Assembly: GCF_044704955.1 (NCBI RefSeq)
Contig: NW_027253631.1
Coordinates: forward strand, 1 to 64,000
DNA length: 64,000 nt
From: Pristiophorus japonicus
Taxonomy: Eukaryota
Direction: 5' to 3'
A program made the translations under genes and the position numbers. Position 1 is the stretch's first letter. Every line of letters starts with the position of its first letter. Below, one piece after another: positions 12,873-25,959 of this stretch. Below the pieces are notes generated by a model. The model was not told the origin of the DNA, did no database searches, and worked only from the letters and a program-made list of their open reading frames with translations.

Positions 12873-13500
12873 GAATATACTCCACAGCCCTCTGGGGCAG
12901 AGAATTCCAGATTCACCACCCTCTGAGTGAAGAGGTTTCTCCTCATCTCAGTCCTAAATGGCCGACCCCTTATCCTGAGACTGTGACCCCTGGTTCTAGA
13001 CTCCCCAGCCCGGGGGAAACACTTTCCTATTTTTCCTACCAAAGTGGATAACTTCACATTTTGCCACATTATATTCCATTTGCCATGTTCTTGCCCACTC
13101 ACTGAGCCTGTCTGTATCCCCTTGAAGCCTCTTTGCATCCTCCTCACAACTTACATTCCGACCTAGCTTTGTATCATCAGCAAACTTGGATATATGATAT
13201 TTGGTCCCCTCATCCAAATCACTGATATAGATTGTAAATATCTGGGGCCCCAGCACTAACCCCAGCGGCACCCAACTAGTTACAGCCTGCCAACCCGAAA
13301 ATGACCCGTTTATTCCTACTCTCTGTGTTCTGTCCATTAACCAATCCTCAATCCATGCTAGTATATTACCCCCAATCCCATGAGCCCTAATTTTGTTTAA
13401 TAGCCTCTTGTGAGGCACCTTATCGAATGCCTTCTGAAAATCTAAATAGACCACATCCACTGGTTCCCCCTTATCTACTGTGCCAGTTACAACGTCAGTA
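12873..13500 (-). mobile_element. CR1 RT fragment with internal deletion
   Basis: [17 protein letters not shown] and KCEVIHFG joined directly to RTRGHSLRI. Confidence 0.88.
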
Positions 13501-13620
13501 AACTCTAACTGGTCCACTACATGAGCTATGTGGTCAGTGTTGAATGTGTCTGGCTCTAGTCGAGTTGATAGCAGTGGGGCCAAAGGAAGTGAATATTGGA
13601 GTCAGGCTCCGGGACCCTAC

Positions 13621-13938
13621 CTTGGTCATCCTTGATGTCCCGGCTGGTGTTGGTGTTGGACGATGGATGAGAGACTGTGCAGGTGAAGACTGAACCTTTC
13701 TTCCACTCCTCTGTGCTCACAGTCAGGAAGTAGCTGGCACTGAAAGTCCCTGCCTGCTCCAGCATGGTGCGAGCAGCGCTGGTGTTGGAAGAGATGGGAG
13801 AGTGGTCCTTCTCCCAGGAGACGTGTATGATGTTCGGGTAGAATCCGGTGATCATGCACTCGAGGGTGGCCGTGTTTCTGCTCTGGGTGCCTTGGGCCGG
13901 TGGAGGCAGCAGTCGGACGTTGGGACCCTTTGTGTGAA
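13621..13938 (-). CDS. IgW: IgW heavy chain constant exon CH4
   Basis: Acceptor ctctgtttccAG and donor CAAG/GTaggg; 318 nt. Encodes VHTKGPNVRLLPPP..TATLECMITGFYP..VSW..FTCTVSHP..KDDQ. Confidence 0.92.
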
Positions 13939-14016
13939 CTGGAAACAGAGACAGTGTTAAACTCTTTCCCTCGCGGTTACCAAAGCCAGGCGTTACATTT
14001 CTGATCCTTTGCCCAC

Positions 14017-14319
14017 CTTTTGCACGGCTTGTCCGTACTGACACTGGCGAGGACGAGGAAGTCCGGTGGGCAGAGCACATGTACTCTACCCCACTGCTCC
14101 ACTCCTCCACGCTGGTTCGCAGTTGACTGACGACTCTGTACAGGGTCCCTTCGTCTCTCAGTTGCTGAGTATTAACACCTTCACTTCTGTCCAGCCCGCT
14201 CACCTTCCAGGAGATTTCGACCGGGTTCGGATCGGCACAGAACACTTCACACACCAGGGTAGCAGTCCCACTGATCAAAACCTCTTCCATAGAAGGATTT
14301 CGGATAAAAACAGACATTT
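14017..14319 (-). CDS. IgW: IgW heavy chain constant exon CH3
   Basis: Acceptor ctttctcattcccAG and donor AAAG/GTgggc; 303 nt. Encodes EMSVFIRNPSMEEVLISGTATLVCEV..ISW..YMCSAH..SRAK. Confidence 0.92.
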
Positions 14320-15265
14320 CTGGGAATGAGAAAGGGAAAACTTTCAGAAGAATGGACAATGCCTGGTGCCAGCCGGCTTCAGAATCTCGAGAGACTTTTC
14401 TATTGATGGTCCTTTGAGAGACCAGTGCCAAGGAGAATACATTCTGTGCCTAGTCCAATGGCTCTGACATGAAACGTGGGGAAGTCCATGTTATGGAGAA
14501 AGGATCCCCAACCTGTCTCCAATCTAGACCGCCATTTTGGGCCATCGCTGAAGCCTTTCAGAGATCTCCCCTCAGTCTCGATGACCGACGGCGAAATGCT
14601 TGGAAGAAGTGTGACATACGGAATGGATTATCGAGGGGCCCACAGTACAACCTGAAGGATCAAACCTTCCTCACAAACAGTGGGCAACCATCGACCGCCT
14701 CAGAACCGGTCACGGTCGATGCTGCCACCTTCTCCAGGGGTGGGAGATTAAAGCCTCCCCATCGTGTGACTGTGGAGCTCCTAATCAGACCCTGGAGCAC
14801 ATCATCGAGCCCTGCCCCCAGAGGGAATACACAGGCAGCCTGCGGGATCTCCACACTGTTACACCGGGAGCTTGGGCCTGGAGATCTGACTGAGATATTG
14901 ATGTTTGATTTGCTTTGCTGCTCCCGAGGGAAGAAAAAGATTGATGCTCCGTGACGGAAGGTCAGGGCGGAAGTGAGTTTCAACAGTTTAAACCAGAGTC
15001 CTTTTCAATGTGTAATATCTGGGGTTGATACTCGATCAAGCGGCACTGCAGCTAAACCTGGAGCAAATCTCACATTGGGACATCCCTGGGGTGTTGGAAA
15101 GGTATCAGAGGGTGAGATTGGTCCTGATAGCGCCTCCGGGGGGGGGGGGGGGGCAGGGGGGGAGAGGTCGGGGGCTTTTCAACCGGGGAAGGGGGAGGGG
15201 AGCGCTACGCTTCCTTCGAGAAGCAGTGAGGGCAATTCCGTGCTGGGCCCTAAAAGTCCCGCCAT

Positions 15266-16192
15266 CCCCAGGAGGTTCCCCCCCCGACCCAGGAGGTTCC
15301 CCCCCCGACCCAGGAGGTTCCCCCCCCGACCCAGGAGGTTCCCCCCCCGACCCAGGAGGTTCCTCCCCCGTCCCCCCAGGAGGTTCCCCCCCCCGACCCA
15401 GGAGGTTCCCCCCCCGACCCAGGAGGTTCCTCCCCCGACCCAGGAGGTTCCCCCCCCGACCCAGGAGGTTCCCCCCCCGACCCAGGAGGTTCCCCCCCCC
15501 GACCCAGGAGGTTCCCCCCCCGACCCAGGAGGTTCCCCCCGTCCCCCCAGGAGGTTCCCCCCCCTCCCCCCAGGGGGTTACCCCCCCGTCCCCCAGGAGG
15601 TTCCCCCCCCGACCCAGGAGGTCCCCCCCCCCGACCCAGGAGGTTCCCCCCCCGACCCACAAGGTTCCCCCCCCGACCCACGAGGTTCCCCCCGTCCCCC
15701 CAGGAGGTCCCCCCCCGACCCAGGAGGTTCCCCCCCGACCCAGGAGGTCCCCCCCCCCGACCCAGGAGGTTCCTCCCCCCTCCCCCCAGGAGGTTCCCCC
15801 CCCACAGGAGGTTCCCCCCCCCCAGGAGGTTCCCCCCCCGACCCAGGAGGTTCCTCCCCCCTCCCCCCCAGGAGGTTACCCCGCCCGGCCCAGGAGGCTA
15901 CCCCCCCTCCCAGGAGGTTACTCTCCCACTCCCCCCCAGGAGGTTCCCCCCCCCGACCCAGGAGGTTCCCCCCCCGACCCAGGATGTTCCTCCCCCGTCC
16001 CCCCAGGAGGTTCCCCCCCCCGACCCAGGAGGTTCCTCCCCCCTCCCCCCAGGAGGTTCCCCCCCCGACCCAGGAGGTTCCTCCCCCGTCCCCCCAGGAG
16101 GTTCCCCCCCCCGACCCAGGAGGTTCCTCCCCCCTCCCCCCAGGAGGTTCCTCCCCCCTCCCCCCCAGGAAGTTACCCCCCGCCCCCAGGGG
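15266..16192. repeat. About 21-bp minisatellite CCCAGGAGGTT(C)nGA
   Basis: Tandem units; source of the Pro/Gly-rich pseudo-ORFs. Confidence 0.92.
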
Positions 16193-17288
16193 ATTATTGG
16201 GAAAGCGGGTTGTGTAGAGGACACAGAGAGGCTGCAAAGAGATTGAGATAGGTTAAGCGAATGGGCTAAGGTTTGGCAGATGGAATACAATGTCGGAAAG
16301 TGTGAGGTCATCCACCTTGGGGAAAAAACAGTAAAAGGGAATATTATTTGAATGGGGAGAAATTACAACATGCTGCGGTGCAGAGGGACCTGGGGGTCCT
16401 TGTGCATGAAACTCTTTTAGAAAAACATGTCTGTGTTGAAAGGTGTGGGACGTTATTCCACCTCTCTCAGAATCAGGTTTGGTTAAACTGTGAAACGGAA
16501 TGAAAAATGCTGAGAATCGTAGTGTGCATGAAACTCTTTTGAGTTTCATGCACACTACGATTCTCAGCATTTTTCATTCCGTTTCCCAAAAAGTTAGTTT
16601 GCAGGTGCAGCAGATAATCAGGAAGGCGAATGGAATGTTGGCCTTCATTGCGAGAGGGATGGAGTACAAAAGCAGGGAGGTCCTGCTGCAACTGTACAGG
16701 GTATTGGTGAGGCCGCACCTGGAGTACTGCGTGCAGTTTTACTCACCTTACTTAAGGAAAGATATACTAGCTTTGGAGGGGGTACAGAGACGATTCACTA
16801 GGCTGATTCCGGAGATGAGGGGGTTACCTTATGATGATAGATTGAGTAGACTGGGTCTTTACTTGTTGGAGTTCAGAAGGATGAGGGGTGATCTTATAGA
16901 AACATTTAAAATAATGAAAGGGATAGACAAGATAGAGGCAGAGAGGTTGTTTCCACTGGTCGGGGAGACTAGAACTAGGGGGCACAGCCTCAAAATACGG
17001 GGGAGACAATTTAAAACCGAGTTGAGAAGGAATTTCTTCTCCCAGAGGGTTGTGAATCTGTGGAATTCTCTGCCCAAGGAAGCAGTTGAGGCTAGCTCAT
17101 TGAATGTATTCAAGTCACAGATAGATAGATTTTTAACCAATAAGGGAATTAAGGGTTACGGGGAGCGGGCGGGTAAGTGGAGCTGAGTCCACGGCCAGAT
17201 CAGCCATGATCTTGTTGAATGGTGGAGCAGGCTCGAGGGGCTAGATGGCCTACTCCTGATCCTAATTCTTATGTTCTTATGTTCTTAT
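16193..17288 (+). mobile_element. CR1 family A 3' part carrying a 173-nt insert at 16411-16583
   Basis: Near-identical to the 3' part of the 5057-6842 copy apart from the insert; (TTCTTATG)n tail. Confidence 0.95.
16492..16585. repeat. Perfect 45-bp inverted repeat with TTTT loop
   Basis: 16492-16536 is the exact reverse complement of 16541-16585. Confidence 0.97.
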
Positions 17289-18380
17289 TACCAGATTACA
17301 CCCCCCCCCCCCGCCAGGAGGTTACCCCTCCCCCAATCAGGGGCACAGGGGAGCAACGCCCCCATCTTGCATTTCTTGGCTTGTAAATTGACGGAGAAAA
17401 CATAATCAGAACGTCAGGGATCCACCCGAGCCGTTTTGGATCCACTCGCTGTAACCCTGAACAACAGATCCCCAGCGGGGACTGCAATGGGGCTGAGCGA
17501 CATGTTAATAAAAATGCAATCCCTGCTTTGTGAAATGCAGCGAGAGATGCAGACTGCTGAGTGAAATGGGAGAAATGCTGGTTTGCTCAGAGCCCCCATG
17601 TAGGGCTGTGCATCGATCTGTGACATCGAGCACACACTGAGGCAATGAGGACCCCTCCTCACCATTCACAGCGAGCCCAGTGTCCAATCTCTCCATGGTC
17701 TCACCTCTCCCTCATCTCTCTATCCTTCTCCAGCCCTACAGCCCCTCCGGGAACCCTGCATTCCTCAACTCTGGCCTCTTGTACATCCTGCACTCCCATC
17801 GCCCCAAAACTGTCAGCCACCCGTGGCTTCAGCCCCGTGTCTGGGCCCGAACCTCAGGAACTCCCTCCTAAACCTCATGGCTTGTCACCCTCTCTCTCCC
17901 TGGGACACAGCCTGCCCCGTGACCCAGCTTTTGGTCACTCTCCTTCTTTCTCCTGCTTCACAATATTCCCACATTACAACACTGACTACAGACAGTGCTT
18001 CATTGGCTGGAAAGCGCTTTGAGGCGTCCGGTGCTGGTGACAGGCGCTATATAAATGCAAGTCTTTCCTTCCTTTGGCTCGGTGACAATTTTTGTCTGCG
18101 TCAATTTGAACGGGAATACCTCCACAACACAGTTATAATATACATGTTCTAAACCATCACATATTTAAAATTCATCAAAAGGAAATGTAATTATTAAAAA
18201 CAAAAATTTAATTTTTTGAAAAATAAATTTACATATTTTAAAGGGTCCACAAATAAACTTACCTTATTTAATAGGATTTTAAATGTTTAAATTATTGAAA
18301 ATGCATTTTTCTGTCCTTTAAAAGTCTTATGCTGATTAAAGCAGGCCTTACACCTGCTTCTATCACTTGGAAAAATTGTT

Positions 18381-18725
18381 GGGCCTGGGGCAGGGGGCCA
18401 GGGGCAGGGGGCCAGGGGCCGGGGCAGGGTCAGGAGCCGGGGCAGAGGGCCAGGGCCCGGGGCAGGGTCAGGAGCCGGGGCAGAGGGCCGGGGCAGGGGG
18501 CCTGGGGCAGAGGGCCAGGGCCTGGGGCAGGGTCAGGGTCAGGGGCTGGGGGCCAGGTCAGGGCCTGGGGCAGGGTCAGGGTCAGGGGCAGGGTCAGGGT
18601 CAGGGTCAGGGGCAGAGGGGCAGGGGCAGGGTCAGGGGCAGGGTCAGGGGGCAGGGGCAGGGGCAGGGTCAGGGTCAGGGGGCAGGGTCAGGGTCAGGGG
18701 GCAGGGTCAGGGGCAGGGCAGGCAG
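18381..18725. repeat. GGGGCA/GGGTCA hexamer repeat (G4-prone)
   Basis: Direct reading. Confidence 0.9.
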
Positions 18726-19237
18726 CCCAACTATCTGCCCGCGGAGGCCCTTTATCCGGATGTGTGCGACCTGTGGCGAGGATTGCTGTGGGTTTGGGCA
18801 CACGCTGTGAATGCCTAAACCTGCAGCTCACACACCCTCGGGGCCAGTGACATCCTTCACACATTCCCCCTTTACACTGGTCTCTCACAGGACCATGGTC
18901 ACTTCAGTCACCCCGCAGCTCACTGCGTGTTCTGAGCGCTATTCACACACACACATTCACTGTGTGTCACAACTCAGGCAATGTTTACCCTGTGTATATG
19001 TAATCTCAACACTGGGAGAGGGAGGAGGCAGGATGGCCATCTCTGGGTCAGGATTGAAACCTTTAATGAGTACCGGGAATCACCCCCTCCGGCTGCAGAT
19101 TGAGCTGCTGTGTCAGCACAGTCTCTGTCTGACAGGACCGTGTCTTTGATTCATTTAAAGATCGTCTCTGTTCCTCTCCCCGGCATTTTGAACAGAAATG
19201 CTGTCGGATTGGGATTGGTCACATTGAGACTTGTCAC

Positions 19238-21445
19238 AGTGTGCAATCAGTGATTCTCAAACCCAGGTGTAGTGTACACCATGTATAGTCAGTGATTCTC
19301 AAACCCAGGTGTAGTATACACCGTGTGCAATCAGTGATTCTCAAACCCAGGTGTAGTGTACACCGTGTGCAATCAGTGATTCTCAAACGCAGGTGTAGTA
19401 TACACCGTGTGCAATCAGTGATTCTCAAACCCAGGTGTAGTATACACCGTGTGCAATCAGTGATTCTCAAACCCAGGTGTAGTGTACACCGTGTGCAATC
19501 AGTGATTCTCAAACCCAGGTGTAGTGTACACTGTGTATAGTCAGTGATTCTCAAACCCAGGTGTAGTGTACACCGTGCAATCAGTGATTCTCAAACCCAG
19601 GTGTAGTGTACACCGTGTGCAATCAGTGATTCTCAAACCCAGGTGTAGTGTACACCGTGTATAGTCAGTGATTCTCAAACCCAGGTGTAGTGTACACCAT
19701 GTATAGTCAGTGATTCTCAAACCCAGGCTTAATATACACCGTGTATAGTCAGTGATTATCAAACCCAGGTTTAATATACACCGTGTAATCAGTGATTCTC
19801 AAACCCAGGTTTAATATACACCGTGTATAGTCAGTGATTGTCAAACCCAGGTTTAATATACACCGTGTATAGTCAGTGATTATCAAACCCAGGTTTAATA
19901 TACACCGTGCAATCAGTGATTCTCAAACCCAGGTTTAATATATACCGTGTATAGTCAGTGATTCTCAAACCCAGGTGTAATATACACCGTATATAGTCAG
20001 CGATTCTCAAACCCAGGTTTAATATACACCGTGTATAGTCAGTGATTATCAAACCCAGGTTTAATATACACTGTATATAGTCATTGATTATCAAACCCAG
20101 GTTTAATATACACCGTGCAATCAGTGATTCTCAAACCCAGGTGTAATATACACCGTATATAGTCAGTGATTCTCAAACCCAGGTTTAATATACATCGTAT
20201 ATAGTCAGTGATTCTCAAACCCAGGTTTAATATACACTGTATATAGTCAGTGATTATCAAACCCAGGTTTAATATACACCGTATATAGTCAGTGATTATC
20301 AAACCCAGGTTTAATATACACTGTATATAGTCAGTGATTATCAAATCCAGGTGTAATATACACCGTATATAGTCAGTGATTATCAAACCCAGGTTTAATA
20401 TACACCATGTATAGTCAGTGATTATCAAACCCAGGTGTAATATACACCGTATATAGTCAGTGATTATCAAACCCAGGTTTAATATACACCATGTATAGTC
20501 AGTGATTCTCAAACCCAGGTGTAATATACACCGTGTATAGTCAGTGATTCTCAAACCCAGGTGTAATATACACCGTGTATAGTCAGTGATTCTCAAACCC
20601 AGGTTTAATATACACCGTATATAGTCAGCGATTATCAAACCCAGGTTTAATATACACCGTATATAGTCAGTGATTATCAAACCCAGGTTTAATATACACC
20701 GTATATAGTCAGTGATTCTCAAACCCAGGTTTAATATACACCATATATAGTCAGTGATTATCAAACCCAGGTTTAATATACACCATGTATAGTCAGTGAT
20801 TATCAAACCCAGGTTTAATATACGACGTATATAGTCAGTGATACTCAAACCCAGGTTTAATATACACCGTGTATAGTCAGTGATTATCAAACCCAGGTTT
20901 AATATACACCATGTATAGTCAGTGATTATCAAACCCAGGTTTAATATACACAGTATATAGTCAGTGATTCTCAAACCCAGGTTTAATATACACCGTGTAT
21001 CGTCAGTGATTCTCAAACACAGGTTTAATATACACCGTGTATAGTCAGTGATTATCAAACCCAGGTTTAATATACACTGTATATAGTCAGTGATTATCAA
21101 ACCCAGGTTTAATATACACTGTATATAGTCAGTGATTATCAAACCCAGGTTTAATATACACCGTATATAGTCAGTGATTATCAAACCCAGGTTTAATATA
21201 CACCGTATATAGTCAGTGATTCTCAAACCCAGGTTTAATATACACCGTGTATAGTCAGTGATTATCAAACCCAGGTTTAATATACACCGTGTATAGTCAG
21301 TGATTATCAAACCCAGGTTTAATATACACCATGTATAGTCAGTGATTCTCAAACCCAGGTTTAATATACACCGTGTATAGTCAGTGATTCTCAAACCCAG
21401 GTTTAATATACACCGTGTATAGTCAGTGATTATCAAACCCAGGTT
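19238..21445. repeat. 42-bp minisatellite TCAGTGATT(C/A)TCAAACCCAGGT(T/G)TAATATACACCGTGTATAG
   Basis: 14-aa periodicity in the ORF track; variants grade along the array. Confidence 0.95.
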
Positions 21446-21765
21446 GAGCCTGCACGGTGCTGATGTTAAATGTTGCGGTTTTTGGAAGGTGCTCAGCCCC
21501 TGTCTTGCATCAGTGATCAAGTCTGGACATTGAACAGTTCCCAGTGACAGAGGCTCACCCATCATCAGCCCACACAGGGCCGCAATATTCCCCTTGTTAT
21601 TCCAAAATGATGATATTATTGGGCGAGAGACGCTTCATTCCGTTTACTCAGGGGGAGGAGAGGAGGGGAATTTATAAAACCACTTCCCAAACTTGAATTC
21701 CTTGTGATCATTGAGCTCCTGTCGTTGACTGATGTCAGTATCCGGGAGCTGGGTGAATGATACCG

Positions 21766-22324
21766 AGAAACATAGAAAATAGGTGCAGGAGTATGCCATT
21801 CGGCCCTTCGAGCCTGCACCACCATTCAATAAGATCATGGCTGATCATTCCCTCAGTACCCCTTTCCTGCTTTCTCTCCATACCCCTTGATCCCTTTAGC
21901 CGTAAGGGCCACATCTAACTCCCTCTTGAATATGTCCAATGAACTGGCATCAACAACTCTCTGTGGCAGGGAATTCCACAGGTTAACAACTCTCTGAGTG
22001 AAGCAGTTTCTCCTCATCTCAGTCCTAAATGGCCTACCCCTTATCCTCAGACTGTGACCCCTGGTTCTGGACTTCCCCAACATCGGGAACATTCTTCCTG
22101 CATCTAACTTGTCCAGTCCCGTCAGAATCTTATATGTCTCTATGAGATCCCCTCTCATTCTTCTAAACTCCAGTGAATAAAGGCCCAGTTGTTCCAGTCT
22201 CTCCTCATATGACAGTCCAGCTATCCCTGGAATCAGTCTGGTGAACTTTCGCTGCACTCCCTCAATAGCAAGAACGTCCTTCCTCAGATTAGGAGACCAA
22301 AACTGAACACAATATTCCAGGTGT
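21766..22324 (-). mobile_element. CR1 family B 3' end
   Basis: QRKFTRLIPG..LYSLEFRRMRGDL; plus-strand (AGAAACAT)n tail. Confidence 0.92.
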
Positions 22325-22449
22325 GGAACCCTTTCTATTTCTGCTACCCAGAGTTTTCATCCAAAACCTATCGGGTTGTGCAGGGCACCAGTCGGGCTGC
22401 TGTGTCCTTTCTCAGCAATGTGCCTCAGGAACAACATCATTAAAGACGC

Positions 22450-23445
22450 CCCCCCGCCTTTCACTGGATCAATGGAACATTACGTCCCTCCCTTTCACTG
22501 GATCATTGGGACATTCCCCCCACCCCTTTCACTGGATCAATGGAACATCCCCCCCCCCCCGTCACTGGATCAATGGAACATTCCCCCCCCCCCCGTCACT
22601 GGATCAATGGGACATTCCCCCCCCCCATCACTGGATCAATTGGACATTCCCCTCCCCCCCCCCACGTCACTGGATCAATGGAACATTCCCCCTCCACCCC
22701 GTCACTGGATCAATGGGACATTCCCCCCCCCCCCATCACTGGATCAATTGGACATTCCCCTTCCCCCCCCCACGTCACTGGATCAATGGAACATCCCCCC
22801 CCCGTCACTGGATCAATGGAACATTCCCCCCCCCCCCCGTCACTGGATCAATGGGACATTCCCACCCCCCTTTCAATGGATCAATTGGACATTCCCCTCC
22901 GCCCCCCCACCCCCCCACGTCACTGGATCAATGGAACATCCCCCCCCCCCGTCACTGGATCAATGGAACATCCCCCCACCCCCCCACGTCACTGGATCAA
23001 TGGAACACCCCCCCCCCCCGTCACTGGATCAATGGAACATCCCCCCACCCCCCCGTCACTGGATCATTGGAACATCCCCCCCCCCCCCCCCGTCCCCGTC
23101 ACTGGATCAATGGAACATTTCCCCCCGCCCCACCCCGTCACTGGATCAATGGAACATCCCCCCCCCCCGTCACTGGATCAATGGGACATTCCCCCCTCCC
23201 CCGTCACTGGATCAATGGAACACCCCCCCCCCCCCCGTCACTGGATCAATGGAACATTTCCCCCCCCCCCCCCCGTCACTGGATCAATGGAACATCCCCC
23301 CCCCCCCCCGTCACTGGATCAATGGGACATTCCCCCCCCCCCCGTCACTGGATCAATGGAACATCCCCCCCCCCCCCCCGTCACTGGATCAGTGGAATAT
23401 TTCCCCCCCCCCGTCACTGGATCAATGGGACATTACTCTTCCCCC
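22450..23445. repeat. About 35-bp minisatellite CGTCACTGGATCAATGG(A/G)ACATT(C)n
   Basis: Direct reading. Confidence 0.93.
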
Positions 23446-23621
23446 CCCCCACCCACCCCGCCCTCACTGTATCCCTGGGCCAGAGATGGTCCTCCAATTG
23501 TTGCCCACTCGGCCCAGACCAAAGAGGCAACGGTCAAGCTGTGGGGCCGGGACCGACCCGAAGTGACCCAGCAAAGAATGACCATGTAGACCAGGAGTGG
23601 GCTGGGCTGGGGAACCGAGCT

Positions 23622-25405
23622 TGGGCTGTACCCCCTCCCTCTGTGTACACTCTATCCCCATATACACCGTGGGCTGTACCCCCTCCCTCTGTGTACACTC
23701 TATCCCCATATACACCATGGGCTGTACCCTCCCTCTGTGTACACTCTATCCACACACACACCATGGGCTGTACCCTCCCTCTGTGTACACTGTATCCCAA
23801 TATACACCGTGGGCTGACCCTCCCTCTGTGTACACTCTATCCCACACACACCGTGGGCTGTACCCTCCCTCTGTGTACACTGTATCCCCATATACACTGT
23901 GGCCTGACCCTCCCTCTGTGTACACTCTATCCCACACACACCGTGGGCTGTACCATCCCTCTGTGTACACTCTATCCCCACACACACCGTGGGTTGTACC
24001 CCCTCCCTCTGTGTACACTGTATCCACACACAACATGGGTTGACCCTCCCTCTGTGTACCCTCTATCCCCGTATACACCGTGGGCTGTACCCCCTCCCTC
24101 TGTGTACACTCTATCCCCACACACACCGTGGGCTGTACCCCCTCCCTCTGTGTACACTCTATCCCCATATACACCGTGGGCTGTACCCCCCTCCCTCTGT
24201 GTACATTCTATCCCCACACACACCATGGGCTGTACCCTCCCTCTGTGTACACTGTATCCCAATATACACCGTGGGCTGACCCTCCCTCTGTGTGCACTCT
24301 ATCCCCACACACCGTGGCCTGACCCTTCCTCTGTGTACAGTCTATCCCCACACACCGTGGCCTGACCCTTCCTCTGTGCAACACTCTATCCCACACACCG
24401 TGGGCTGTACCCTCCCTCTGTGTACACTCTATCCCCACACACCGTGGGCTGTACCCTCCCTCTGTGTACACTCTATTCCCAACATATACCGTGGGCTGTA
24501 CCCTCCCTCTGTGTACACTCTATCCCCACACACACCATGGGCTGTACCCCTCCCTCTGTGTACACTCTATCCCCACACACTGTGGGCTGACCCTCCCCCT
24601 GTGTACACTCTATCCCCACACATACCATACGCTGACCCTCCCTCTGTGTACGCTCTATCCACACACACCGTGGCCTGCCCCTCCCTCTGTGTACACTCTA
24701 TCCCACACACACCGTGACCTGACCCTCCCTCTGTGTACACTCTATCCACACACACCGTGGCCTGACCCTCCCTCTGTGTACACTCTATCCCCACACACAC
24801 CGTGACCTGACCCTCCCTCTGTGTACACTCTATCCACACACACCGTGGCCTGACCCTCCCTCTGTGTACACTCTATCCCCACACACACCGTGGGCTGACC
24901 CTCCCTCTGTGTACACTCTATCCCCACACACACTGTGGGCTGTACCCTCCCTCTGTGTACACTCTATCCCCACACACACTGTGGGCTGTACACCCTCCCT
25001 CTGTGTACACTCTATCTCCACACACACTGTGGGCTGTACCCCCTCCCTCTGTGTACACTCTATCCCCACACACACTGTGGGCTGTACCCTCCCTCTGTGT
25101 ACACTCTATCCCCACACACACTGTGGGCTGTACCCTCCCTCTGTGTACACTCTATCCCCACACACACTGTGGGCTGTACACCCTCCCTCTGTGTACACTC
25201 TATCTCCACACACACTGTGGGCTGTACCTCCTCCCTCTGTGTACACTCTATCTCCACACACACTGTGGGCTGACCCTCCCTCTGTGTACACTCTATCCCC
25301 ACACACACTGTGGGCTGTACCCTCCCTCTGTGCACACTCTATCCCCACACACCGTGGGCTGACCCTCCCTCTGTGTACACTCTATCCCCACACACACTGT
25401 GGGCC
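23622..25405. repeat. About 44-bp minisatellite GGGCTGTACCCTCCCTCTGTGTACACTCTATCCCCACACACCGT
   Basis: Tandem units immediately downstream of the short-tail poly(A) site. Confidence 0.95.
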
Positions 25406-25467
25406 GTGTCTATAAGCCATCAGACACTTTGTAATAAAATCCAGCGGCCAATTCCATTCACAACCAA

Positions 25468-25598
25468 TCACTTTATTTCGCATTTGTTTTGGTGACATTT
25501 ATATTGACGCTCGTCACCATCGGGAAGGGTCACTTTAAGGTTAGTCTGGTAGAGAAACTTCGGCACACACCCAGAACAAGAGCACGCAGCGTTTCCAC
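25468..25598 (-). CDS. IgW: IgW short-form (2-CH) Cys-rich secretory tail exon
   Basis: Acceptor ctcttccggttccAG; phase-1 join to CH2 gives GGNAACSCSGCVPKFLYQTNLKVTLPDGDERQYKCHQNKCEIK-stop (5 Cys). From memory it resembles skate IgX / shark IgW short tails (C..C.PKF.YQ.NL.V...DG...QY.C...KCEIK). AATAAA overlaps the last codons. Confidence 0.88.
25472..25477 (-). terminator. Polyadenylation signal of the short IgW form
   Basis: AATAAA lies inside GAA ATA AAG TGA and is followed by GT/T-rich sequence on the minus strand. Confidence 0.7.
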
Positions 25599-25959
25599 CT
25601 GGAACCGGAAGAGTTGCAGATTTAAGTGTTATACATTTTCACCTCCCGTCCCGTGCTGGGAAAGTGGGAGCTCCACACGGCCCCGGAGCTCTGCTCCATC
25701 CGGAGTTTATATGATGCTAAAAGGGAGCAGATCGTGTGGACCATAACACGCTGTCTCACCTGGTCCTGAACAGGCGAATCAGAGACACGAGCTGCGCTTA
25801 AAGGGGAGCCGGGGACGGGTCACTTCAAATCTGATGTGGGGGATCAATATTTCAGTGAGTGGTCAATCGATGGAACACGTTCCCTCAGGAGAGGGTGCAG
25901 CAGCTCGTGGCAATTCATTCAAATGCAAAACTGGGCAGATTTCGTTCCTACCTGTGGGT

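Noticed and set aside
18885-18912. JH-like GGACCATGGTCAC (TMVT)
   Set aside because: Wrong strand and position, with no W-G-x-G motif, RSS or splice donor.
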